Below are positions 1 to 8,529 of a DNA stretch of 64,000 bases, piece by piece. A program made the position numbers and the translations under genes. The DNA comes from an uncultured Bacteroidia bacterium. Lineage in GTDB: Bacteria; Bacteroidota; Bacteroidia; Bacteroidales; UBA932. Location: contig CACYHC010000003.1 in NCBI GenBank assembly GCA_902774145.1, positions 16,254 to 80,253 of the forward strand, in the 5' to 3' direction. The first letter of the stretch is position 1. Every line of letters starts with the position of its first letter. The notes beneath the pieces are model-generated. The model was given only the letters and a program-made list of their open reading frames with translations. It had not been told where the DNA came from and searched no databases.

Positions 1-540
1 GGGAATGGAATAGGTCGCCATCATCTGCTCGCCGCCGCCTTCGTCAAAATAAGGATCGCTCCAACGGTTCACGACCTTGCGCCGGGGTTCACGGTACCAT
101 TCCATATTGAAATAGTCGTAATTCTCGTTCCCCATCTGGATGGATTTGATTTCTCCCGTCTGCTCGTCGTTGTAGGAATAGGGTGCGTACCAATAGCCTT
201 CCGATTCGTAATACCACGGCTCGAAGGCCACCGTACTCCCGATGATGGGCGGGTTGTATTGGACCAGACAGCGGGGCACTTCGGCCACCTCCTTCGGATC
301 CGTCTGCTTTTCCTTCACCACCCAGATCATATTTTCCGCCGCCGCTTCCACTTCGCGCAGGGAAAGGTTGATTTCCTCGTGCAGTTTATCTACAAGCAGG
401 GCGGTATTTTTGATCGAATACTCCTTGATTGCACGCCGGGCGGAGAGGGCCACCCCGACAAAGGCAGCGCTAAAGATCACGGACACCGCGACGATGATCA
501 TGATACTCATCCGCGCGGAAAGCGAACGGTTGATTCTCAT
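1..540 (-). CDS. Membrane sensor with periplasmic Cache domain, N-terminal part only (runs off window start); output domain unseen, possibly SpoIIE/PP2C or kinase
   Basis: Hand translation from ATG at 540: MRINRSLSARMSIMIIVAVSVIFSAAFVGVAL (TM helix) ...YDYFNMEWYREP...RWSDPYFDEGGGEQMMATYSIP, a dCache-type WY..P...WSDPY.D motif. ATGA overlap with the stop of the 537..1445 gene. Not in the ORF track. Confidence 0.8.
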   Translation of the reverse strand, partial: MRINRSLSARMSIMIIVAVSVIFSAAFVGVALSARRAIKEYSIKNTALLVDKLHEEINLSLREVEAAAENMIWVVKEKQTDPKEVAEVPRCLVQYNPPIIGSTVAFEPWYYESEGYWYAPYSYNDEQTGEIKSIQMGNENYDYFNMEWYREPRRKVVNRWSDPYFDEGGGEQMMATYSIP

Positions 541-1445
541 TGCGCAGCCTCCTCCTCCAGGCGGGGCAGCCGCATCCGGACGGCTTTCTCCAGGATTTCA
601 AATTCAAAGCGCGTAGCCGCGGTAATCTCCCCGTCGATACTTACATACATCATCTTCGGCGACTCTACAATCACCCGCTTGGCCCGGCGATAGGCCATAT
701 GCCGCATACAACGCTTGGAATCCAGATGCCTTCCGCTCCGGTACAGGGGCAGAATGCTCAGGAAAAGAAGCAACGGCATACTGCGGATCAGGCAGACCTC
801 CATCAGGCCGTCGTCCACGACCGCGCGGGGGGCGCAATGGAACTCGCCGCCGCACCAGCCGCCGTTGGAGACGGTACAGAGCATTGTCAGGCAGCGGCTG
901 ATTTTCTCGCCGTCCGCCCAGACGTGGAAATAATTGAAACGGGAGCCCAGCATACTGGCCAGCACGCTGCGGGCGTAGGGGTTGGACCGCCCCAGTTCGA
1001 TGAATTCGTTGGCCCGGTAGGCCACCATCGCGTCGAAGCCGATATTCGATACATTGAGCGAATAGTCGTCGTTGCAGCGGATGATGTCCACCTGCCTTTC
1101 CTCGCCGTCCAGCAGGGCCTCCAGGGAAGTGAAATTCCGGCCGGGCCAGATTTTGGTAAAGTCGTTGGTCGTCCCGTAGGCGAGAAAGGCGAAACGCTTC
1201 TCCGGACCCGCGCCAACGAGGGCGGAAGCCACTTCGTTCATCGTTCCGCTGCCGCCGCAGGCGACAAAACAGACCTCCTCGCCGGAATGGAATTCACAGT
1301 ACATCCGGACATAACGGGTGGCGTCACCGATGCCCGTCGTCACATAAATCGAATATGAAACTTCCCGACCGGAAAGCTGCGCCTCCAGGTCAGGAAGAAT
1401 ATGGGCTTTGTCGAAACGCCCGTTAACGACAAAAATGTACTTCAC
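537..1445 (-). CDS. Diacylglycerol/lipid kinase family protein (YegS/BmrU-like) with degenerate GGDG motif
   Basis: VACGGSGTMNEV, YGTTNDF, NIGFDA, SNGGWCGG, DDGLMEV and SIDGE match the DAGK/YegS motif order. Confidence 0.85.
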   Translation of the reverse strand: MKYIFVVNGRFDKAHILPDLEAQLSGREVSYSIYVTTGIGDATRYVRMYCEFHSGEEVCFVACGGSGTMNEVASALVGAGPEKRFAFLAYGTTNDFTKIWPGRNFTSLEALLDGEERQVDIIRCNDDYSLNVSNIGFDAMVAYRANEFIELGRSNPYARSVLASMLGSRFNYFHVWADGEKISRCLTMLCTVSNGGWCGGEFHCAPRAVVDDGLMEVCLIRSMPLLLFLSILPLYRSGRHLDSKRCMRHMAYRRAKRVIVESPKMMYVSIDGEITAATRFEFEILEKAVRMRLPRLEEEAAQ

Positions 1446-1446
1446 C

Positions 1447-2265
1447 CTAGTTGAGCAGGGCGGTGCGGATGACTTCGATCTCTCCCTTGAGCTCGATGAG
1501 CTGGGCCTTGAGCTGCTCCACGTTGATGGCGTTGATCACATAGAGCGGGTCCAGAATGGTGTTCAGGCTCTCCATCTCGGGATAGAATTCGATCAGGGAA
1601 CGGATGCCTTCGTGGACACAGACGAAGTTGTAGGTCACCTCGCTGGCGGACTCGTCGTCGAACATCTCGATGAATTTGTCGATGTTCTTCGTGCAGATGA
1701 AAAGCTGCTCCACGAGCGCGGCGGAAACGGCCTCCCAGAAGAAAGGAGCACGGTTCGCTTCCACTTCCGCGTCGAAGAATTTGCTGAAGGCTTCCCCTGC
1801 GGCCTTGTTGGTATGCAGGGCCTCGGCAAATTCCACCAGGGCTTCGTCATTGATGTCCGCCGCCACCTTGGCGACATTCTCCTCATACTCCTTCACCGGC
1901 ATCTCATAGAGTTCAGCCACAGACTTGTCCACGCTGAGCATCGCCACCGCACGGTACTTCTGGGTCAGGGTCACGAGCTCCGCGACCAGCGCCGGGTTCA
2001 GCAGGTAATCCGGCTTGACCATCTTCTCCTTCGGAGAAAGTTTCACGGCGCCGTTGCTGGAATAGATGAAGGGAACGGATTTCATCTTCCCCACGGACTC
2101 GCCCAGGGCCTGGAGATTGAGTTTCAGTTCCTCGGTCACCAGTTTTTCCTTTTCGCTGATTTCGGTTTTTTCGGCCTCCTGTGCCGCCTTCTTCTTGTTC
2201 TGGTTCTTGCAGGAAGGAAGCGCCACCACCGCGAGGGTGAGAAGGATGACAATCAATTTTTTCAT
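1447..2265 (-). CDS. Uncharacterised, predicted helical lipoprotein
   Basis: MKKLIVILLTLAVVALPSC lipobox; 272 aa; 1 bp from the next gene; native codon usage. Confidence 0.8.
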   Translation of the reverse strand: MKKLIVILLTLAVVALPSCKNQNKKKAAQEAEKTEISEKEKLVTEELKLNLQALGESVGKMKSVPFIYSSNGAVKLSPKEKMVKPDYLLNPALVAELVTLTQKYRAVAMLSVDKSVAELYEMPVKEYEENVAKVAADINDEALVEFAEALHTNKAAGEAFSKFFDAEVEANRAPFFWEAVSAALVEQLFICTKNIDKFIEMFDDESASEVTYNFVCVHEGIRSLIEFYPEMESLNTILDPLYVINAINVEQLKAQLIELKGEIEVIRTALLN

Positions 2266-2297
2266 AACAGTATCGATCGATTATTTAATATTTCACG

Positions 2298-5186
2298 CTA
2301 TTTCCGCAAATGTACGAAAATTTCCGGGAAATTTGCAAATAAAACACAGGCGGCCAACAGGCACATCAGCACCAGCACGCCGATATCGAAAAGCGGCGTG
2401 GGAATTTCCCGGCTTCCCAGACACTTGACACCGCTGTAGAACGGCGCGCGTCCGCTGGTGCTGCGCGGCGGCAGGAACACGGCGCCGCAAAGCGGGACGA
2501 TATGACTCCCGACGACTTTGCACCGGCGTTCGGCATCCCGTCCCAGCACCAGGTTCTCCAGCTGCAGGTTGTAGGATGCGCGCTTGATGTCCAGCAACTG
2601 CTCCCGCCCGTGTTCGCGGATATAGGCGTTCACCTCGCGGTCCAGCGCCAGGGTAGCCGCGTTCCCGCGCCGGGAAAGAATCTTTCGCGCCTGCTCCAGA
2701 TACGCCGATACCGAGGCGAAGGAATAATCCCCCTCATAGGGCTCCATTTCGCAGATGCGGGCCAGTTCGGGCAGCTCCGTCCGGAGGATAGCCAGGTGCT
2801 GCGGCTTCTCCTCCAGCCCCTGCTCCTGCTCGAAACGGCGCGTCTCCAACCGAGATTCCAGCTCATAGAGGAAGACATGCTCATAGTACTGGCAGACGAA
2901 CTTGTTCCGGTCTCCCTCGTAGAACATCCGCTCGTATGGATTGTCCGTAAAGGAGGACACGGCAATCGCTTCGAAGGCCCAGCGCGAGGGAATCACCTCG
3001 CCGATCAGCGGCACGTTCCCCGTTTCGCTGCCGGGCGTCAGGTCGTCGAAGCGCACCACCAGGCCGCAAAGCAGGATCTGAGGAATCAGCAGCAGCGGAA
3101 TGGTAATGTAAATCGCCACCACCGAAGACATGCACTGCGAGAGCAGCAATCCGATGAGACTCGACAGGAAGGCAGCCAGGAAAAGCACGCCCCACCACAT
3201 CCAGAAGCCGAAATGAATCCCCATCAGGACATTCCCCACGGCGATGAAAAGCAGGGTCTGTACCAGGCAGACAAAGGCCGCGTACAGGATCTTGGACCCG
3301 ATGTAGGACGAATAGGAAAGATTCAGGAATTTCTCCCGTTTCAACAGGGCCCGGTCCCGGATAATCTCTTCGGCACTGCCCGACATCCCGAGGAAAATCG
3401 CGACGATGATGGCCATGAAGAAATACGACACCAGGTTCTTGTTGTCCATCACCGTGTACGCAGCGCCTGCGGGTGCGTAATGGGTCAGCAGGCCGCAGAC
3501 CAGCGCCAGCAGCGGGGCTTCCAGGAGGGTGACGAGGATATACTGCAGGTTGGTCAGTTTGGCGCGAAGGTTCCGTTCCAGGAAAATGCGCAGTTGCTTC
3601 CAGCCGCCGGGGCGCCGCTGGTCCGTCGGCGGGACCGGGGCACTTTCCGGGGCGGGCATCTCCGGCCGGGCGTCCAGGTAGCGCTGGTGCCAGTCCTGCG
3701 GCGACACCTTGCGCTCCCCCGTCAGGTGACCGGAAGTGTCGAGGGTCTTCTCGTCGATGATGCTGAGCATCACCTCCGGATTCACGTTGCCGCAGACGGG
3801 GCAGGCGGAAGTGGTATCCGCATAGCCAGCCGCCGATTTGAACCAGCCCACCGCATCGATGGGGTTGCCGTCGAACACGGGGTAGCCCCCCTTGTCCAGC
3901 AGCCACAGCCGGTCGAAAAGCTTATAGACGTCCGAAGAGGGCTGGTGAATGTTCACGACAATCAGCCGTCCCTTCCCGGTCTGCTCTTTCAAGAGGTTGA
4001 TGACCTTTTCCGTATCGCTCGAAGAAAGGCCGGACGTGGGTTCGTCGAGGAAAAGAATCGCCGGTTCGCGAATCAGCTCCAGGGCGATGTTGAGCCGCTT
4101 GCGCTGGCCGCCCGAGATGAACTTGTTGATGGGAGAGCCCACCTTGAGGTCGCTGGCGGCGTCGAGCCCCAGCTGCTCCAACACGGAGCGCACCTTGTGG
4201 TCCAGGGTAGCGTCGTCCAGGGTGGCGAAACAAAGCTTCGCCGTGTACCAAAGGTTCTGATAGACCGTCAGTTCCTCAATCAGCAGGTCATCCTGCGGCA
4301 CATAGCCGATCAGTGCCTTCACCGCGGGTTCGCCGATATCGTGCCCCCCGACGGTAATGCTCCCCTCCTGGGGCCGGAGCGTGCCGTTGAGCAGCGAAAG
4401 CAGGGTGGATTTGCCCACGCCGCTGCCGCCCATAATGGCCACCAGTTCGCCGCTCCGGAGCGTAAAACTGAAATTGTGCATTCCGTTTCCGGAACCGTCG
4501 GCGAAGCGGAAATTGATGTCGCGGCCGCAGAGGGTAATCGGCGCGGTATCGGCGGCCCCTTCGTAGCGCTCCATGAGCGAAGAGTGATAGACGGGCTGGA
4601 AACTCCTGCCCTTGAGTACCGCACTCGGCTGGAAAATATAGAAAAGGCCGTGGACGACAGGGATATCGTTGAGCATCGCCGCGTCGGGACCGTCATAGCT
4701 GAAAAGCAGCATACGCGAATCGCGCAGCAGCAGGGTCTTTACCTTCCCCTCGCCGAGGGAGAAGCAGCGCACGTCCTGATTTTCCTTGCCCGCGATAAAC
4801 GATTCGAACGAGGCGAACAGCGCATCGCCGATGCCGAAACTCTCCGCCACGCAGTGGAAAACCGAACGGCCCGTATCCGCCACCGAAAGCACCGCGCAGA
4901 ATTCCATCAGACGGAGCAGCAGGGTCTCCTGCTCGCTGCGGCCGATCCGGCTCTTGAGCTTCGAGCAGATGCCGTCCGTGATGACGGCGTGGTCCATTTC
5001 CGGAAAATCGTCGTAATAATCGCGCAGGTCGGCATACAGATGCAGGTAGGACTCCGGATTGCGGATGCCGAAGAAGCCTTTCAGCAGCTCCTCCACCAAG
5101 GCGAGGGAACGTTGTTTGTCCGTTTTTCCTTCCGCCCCGCAGAGGGCGAACAGATTCAAAAGTCCCGACAGGATAATGTCATTCAT
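2298..5186 (-). CDS. ABCG/White-type ABC transporter (NBD before TMD) with TerB-like N-terminal domain and large periplasmic loop
   Basis: Walker A GGSGVGKST, signature ISGGQRKRLNIALEL, Walker B LFLDEPTSGL, VNIHQPS H-loop; five TM segments, ~200-aa loop, final TM. The TerB-like N-terminal call is recalled similarity only. Confidence 0.85.
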   Translation of the reverse strand: MNDIILSGLLNLFALCGAEGKTDKQRSLALVEELLKGFFGIRNPESYLHLYADLRDYYDDFPEMDHAVITDGICSKLKSRIGRSEQETLLLRLMEFCAVLSVADTGRSVFHCVAESFGIGDALFASFESFIAGKENQDVRCFSLGEGKVKTLLLRDSRMLLFSYDGPDAAMLNDIPVVHGLFYIFQPSAVLKGRSFQPVYHSSLMERYEGAADTAPITLCGRDINFRFADGSGNGMHNFSFTLRSGELVAIMGGSGVGKSTLLSLLNGTLRPQEGSITVGGHDIGEPAVKALIGYVPQDDLLIEELTVYQNLWYTAKLCFATLDDATLDHKVRSVLEQLGLDAASDLKVGSPINKFISGGQRKRLNIALELIREPAILFLDEPTSGLSSSDTEKVINLLKEQTGKGRLIVVNIHQPSSDVYKLFDRLWLLDKGGYPVFDGNPIDAVGWFKSAAGYADTTSACPVCGNVNPEVMLSIIDEKTLDTSGHLTGERKVSPQDWHQRYLDARPEMPAPESAPVPPTDQRRPGGWKQLRIFLERNLRAKLTNLQYILVTLLEAPLLALVCGLLTHYAPAGAAYTVMDNKNLVSYFFMAIIVAIFLGMSGSAEEIIRDRALLKREKFLNLSYSSYIGSKILYAAFVCLVQTLLFIAVGNVLMGIHFGFWMWWGVLFLAAFLSSLIGLLLSQCMSSVVAIYITIPLLLIPQILLCGLVVRFDDLTPGSETGNVPLIGEVIPSRWAFEAIAVSSFTDNPYERMFYEGDRNKFVCQYYEHVFLYELESRLETRRFEQEQGLEEKPQHLAILRTELPELARICEMEPYEGDYSFASVSAYLEQARKILSRRGNAATLALDREVNAYIREHGREQLLDIKRASYNLQLENLVLGRDAERRCKVVGSHIVPLCGAVFLPPRSTSGRAPFYSGVKCLGSREIPTPLFDIGVLVLMCLLAACVLFANFPEIFVHLRK
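2307..2339 (-). promoter_or_regulatory. Bacteroidota sigma-A promoter for the lipoprotein-DAGK-Cache genes, inside the last codons of the ABC gene
   Basis: Minus strand TTTG (2339-2336), 21-nt spacer, TACATTTG (2314-2307); matches the TTTG-N19-21-TAnnTTTG consensus. Confidence 0.7.
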
Positions 5187-7801
5187 ATCTTTTCCAGATT
5201 TGTGGACGGCATCCAGCCCTGGCGGCCGTCAGAGAGTTCAATATTGCACCAGCCGCCGATTTCTTCCAGCAGCTTCACACAGGTCCCTTCGTGCAGCACG
5301 AAAAGGTCTTTGGCGGCGCTCCCGCCGGGAGAACTGGCGACCGACACCACGGGAGCCATCACCACCGCGCGGTCCGTCCGGAAATAATTCCGCTTCTGGG
5401 AAAGGGAGGCGGCGAGGCAGCCCAGGGCCAGCAGCGCCAGCACGATGCCGCAGAAAAAGCCGGTTTTTCGCCAAACCGGACGCGCCGACAGCGCGAAAAG
5501 CAGCCCCGCGGATAGCGCGAGGGCCAGCAGGCCCATGAACAACGCAGCCCAGGCGTCCGAAGACATCCACCAGCCGATTTTTCGCAGCCACGTCTTCAGG
5601 AAAAATTCCGGCACTTCGTCGATTTTGTCCTGCAGGCTCCGCCGCACGAAATCCAGGTTATAGCGGGCCGTACGCTCCGACGGATTCAGCTTCAGCGCCC
5701 GTTCGTAGCCCAGCACGGCCCCGCCCAGGTCGCCGAGCTTGAAGCAGGCGTCCCCGATATTGGTATACAGGTCCGGCGACTCCAGCCCCATCGCTTCAAT
5801 CTGCAGCCAGGCGCTGCGGGCTTCCTCCCATTGTCCGGCGACATAGGCGTCCGCGCCGGCGCGCCAGAGCGAATCCGCCTCCGGGGAGGCCGCAGCCGCC
5901 TTCGGGCTTCCGAGCAACAGCAACGGAAGCAGCAGGACCGCCGCAACCACGGAGGAAGGGCGTTTCTTTTTCATATTTTGGTCGATTTTGGCAATCACGT
6001 CCAGCGCGCCTTCATAGTGCCGCTTGAGGGCATCGGCGCCCTCGGAAGGAGCGTAACGCGCATATTCACAAGCAGAAAGCAGTTCCAGCAACTCGTCCAC
6101 CGCCTCCTGTGCGACACCCGCTTCCCTCAGGCGCGCGGCGATGTTTTCCTTGCTCATTTCCGACGCATCCAGCAGCAGCTTGTCCGAAATGAAGCCCAGC
6201 AGCGCCTTGTACAGTTCTTCATAGAAGCCCGCCGACAGGTTCTGCTTCAAGAAGCCCTCGGCGCGGGAAAGACGCTTGCGGGCCTGCTTGGTGGCCGCCC
6301 GGTTGCGGGTGCCGGCCACGTCGCTGCGGCGCTTCTCGCTGCGGCGCCAGAGCGCCCAGATGAGCAGGGCAGCCAGCGGCAGCAACACACAAAGCAGCTT
6401 GAAAGCCAGGGACGACACGAAGAAGGCACCCTTCGGGCGGAAATGCTGCGCCTCTGTGCTGATGAAGCGGATATCGGTGCCGATGTCGCGCACGTCCTTG
6501 CGATTGTCGGAAATCACCAGCGCCCCCTCGCCCTGCGGGGCGGTTCCGGACGCGGCGACATTCCCCCGGCTGACCTTCAGCTGCAGTTCCTTCGAACGGA
6601 CGGTCACATAGCGGCCCGCATCGATGTCGTAATAACTGTACTCCACCGGCCCGAGGACGAAATCGCCCTTGGAGCGGGGAATGAAAGGATATTCATAGGT
6701 CTTCTCCCCCTTCCCTTCGGTCACCTTGACATCATAGGTCTCGAAGTCCGGCGGGAAATTGACTTTCGGGGTTTCCGTCAGGGAAAGGTTCCCGTCCCCT
6801 TTCACCTTGACGGTCAGGGCGGCGGCATCGTGCGCGGCGAGCGAATCCCTGCTCAGCGAAGCGGAGATACTGAATTTCCCCACCCCGCCGCAGAAGGAGG
6901 CCGGCGCACCGGCGGGCAGCGGCGACACGTGAATCGTCACCGGACGGGTGCTGACCTTGCGTCGCACGCGCGTATAATCGTCGCCGAAGAAATCGTCGAA
7001 AGGATTGCCGGTACGGCGGCGTCCCGTGCGTACGTTCACCACACAGACGATTTCCGCAGGCTCCACCGTAATGTCTCCGGTCCGCTGGGGCACGAGCTTG
7101 TAGGAACGCAGCGTCGCCACATTGTAAATTTTTCCGCCGATATTCTCCCGATGCCACTCGATGTTGTTCGGCGCATAGGTTTCCTGGCTCCAGAAGCCGT
7201 GGAAAACGGGGAATTTCACATCCTCGAACCCGGCGATGTCGGCCCGCTGACGCAGCACGAGACTCGCACTGAGGCTCTCGCCCACAACGGCTTTCGTCTT
7301 CGAAAGCAGCAGCACAAGCGAAATGTCGGAATTGGGCACTTCGGCCGCCGTTTCCCCGGAGGGCTGTCCGCTCTGCGGCGCCGGTGCGGCACTCTGCGCA
7401 CCCGACTCCGCTTCGCCGCCCCCGACCACGTTCACGCTGACACTGCGCGAACGGACGGTGTTCCCGCCGATGACCGCCTCCGCTTCCGGCAGGCGGAACT
7501 GACCGGCGCCCGTAGGCTGCAGCGTATAAGTATAGGTATAGGACGAAGAGGACTGCATCTTGCCGTTCACGATGGTCACCGAGCGCGAAGAGCCCTGCTG
7601 CGGCCCCCAGACCAACTGGAAGCCCTCTCCCGGGTTCCATTCGAAGGAAGAGGGTTTTTCCCCCTCCACCGTGAACACGACATTGAACATCTCGTCCACG
7701 GAAACCAGGTCCCTCGTCTGGACTTTGATATTTTGCGCGAAAAGCACCCCCGCTGCAAGCGGGAGTGCCACGAGTATAGACAGTATCTTCTTCATTACCA
7801 A
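5183..7801 (-). CDS. batD: BatD-BatE fusion protein (BatD Ig-like repeats, TM, TPR, C-terminal SH3-like)
   Basis: Signal peptide; BatD motifs (WGPQQGSS, GGVGKFSISA, VKVKGDGNL, YEYPFIPR); BatE-like C-terminal part (TPR YTNIGDACFKLGDLGGAVLGYERAL, LFVLHEGTCV...WCNIELSDGRQGW); last gene of the bat operon. Confidence 0.8.
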   Translation of the reverse strand: MVMKKILSILVALPLAAGVLFAQNIKVQTRDLVSVDEMFNVVFTVEGEKPSSFEWNPGEGFQLVWGPQQGSSRSVTIVNGKMQSSSSYTYTYTLQPTGAGQFRLPEAEAVIGGNTVRSRSVSVNVVGGGEAESGAQSAAPAPQSGQPSGETAAEVPNSDISLVLLLSKTKAVVGESLSASLVLRQRADIAGFEDVKFPVFHGFWSQETYAPNNIEWHRENIGGKIYNVATLRSYKLVPQRTGDITVEPAEIVCVVNVRTGRRRTGNPFDDFFGDDYTRVRRKVSTRPVTIHVSPLPAGAPASFCGGVGKFSISASLSRDSLAAHDAAALTVKVKGDGNLSLTETPKVNFPPDFETYDVKVTEGKGEKTYEYPFIPRSKGDFVLGPVEYSYYDIDAGRYVTVRSKELQLKVSRGNVAASGTAPQGEGALVISDNRKDVRDIGTDIRFISTEAQHFRPKGAFFVSSLAFKLLCVLLPLAALLIWALWRRSEKRRSDVAGTRNRAATKQARKRLSRAEGFLKQNLSAGFYEELYKALLGFISDKLLLDASEMSKENIAARLREAGVAQEAVDELLELLSACEYARYAPSEGADALKRHYEGALDVIAKIDQNMKKKRPSSVVAAVLLLPLLLLGSPKAAAASPEADSLWRAGADAYVAGQWEEARSAWLQIEAMGLESPDLYTNIGDACFKLGDLGGAVLGYERALKLNPSERTARYNLDFVRRSLQDKIDEVPEFFLKTWLRKIGWWMSSDAWAALFMGLLALALSAGLLFALSARPVWRKTGFFCGIVLALLALGCLAASLSQKRNYFRTDRAVVMAPVVSVASSPGGSAAKDLFVLHEGTCVKLLEEIGGWCNIELSDGRQGWMPSTNLEKI

Positions 7802-8529
7802 TTCTTTTCTTTCTGTCTGGACTTCAACAACGCCGCCTTTTCCTTCTTGACTTTCTCCTGTGTCTCCTGCTCCTTGGCCTGGACCGCGCGCAGCATCTGC
7901 TTTGCCTGCTGGGGCGTCATCTGCGGCTCCTGTCCCTGCTGTTGCTGCTGGTCCTGGTTCTGATCCTGGTCCTGGTTTTGGTTTTGCTGTTGTTGATCCT
8001 GATTTTGATCTTGATTTTGGTCTTGGTCTTGATTATTGTCCTGATTCTGCTGCTGGTCCTGCTGGTTCTGGTCGCCGCCTCCCCCCTGCTGCTGTTGCTG
8101 CTCGCGCCGGAGCATTTCCTTCGCGTAGAGGTAGTTTTCCTTCGCGTCCATATCGCCGGGGGTCAGGAGAAGACATTCGCGCAGGGCATCGACCGCCCCC
8201 CGCCAGTCCTTTTTCGCGATGGCCGCATCGCCCTTATTATAGTACCAGGCAGCGGCGTGCGGCGTGCCTTCGGCCAGCTCGTCGCGGTTTTCGAAGGCCT
8301 TCAGCGCCCCGTCGTAGTCCTCCTGCCGGTAGAGCGCGGAGGCGAGGTTGTAGGCGCCGGGCACCGAAAGCGAGTCCTTCAGCAGGCCCCTGCGGTAATC
8401 CAGTTCGGCCTCGGCCCATTTGCCCTTTGCAAACTTGCGGTTGCCCGCGCGCAGTTCCTTCCGGTCCGTCTGGGCGGCGAGCGGCAGCGCCAGCATCGTC
8501 AAAAGCAGTATGCCTAAAGCCTTTTTCAT
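7795..8529 (-). CDS. batC: BatC-like TPR protein with Q/D/N-rich linker
   Basis: Signal peptide, TPRs (YNLASALYRQEDY, WYYNKGDA), C-terminal MTPQQAKQMLRAV...EKNW; follows batB. Confidence 0.8.
   Translation of the reverse strand: MKKALGILLLTMLALPLAAQTDRKELRAGNRKFAKGKWAEAELDYRRGLLKDSLSVPGAYNLASALYRQEDYDGALKAFENRDELAEGTPHAAAWYYNKGDAAIAKKDWRGAVDALRECLLLTPGDMDAKENYLYAKEMLRREQQQQQGGGGDQNQQDQQQNQDNNQDQDQNQDQNQDQQQQNQNQDQDQNQDQQQQQGQEPQMTPQQAKQMLRAVQAKEQETQEKVKKEKAALLKSRQKEKNW
7920..8105 (-). repeat. Low-complexity CAG/GAC/AAC coding repeat (Q/D/N linker of BatC)
   Basis: Encodes QQQQQGGGGDQNQQDQQQNQDNNQDQDQNQDQNQDQQQQ. Confidence 0.8.

Noticed and set aside
7920-8105. Q/D/N repeat as a novel repeat system
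   Set aside because: In-frame low-complexity linker typical of BatC proteins.
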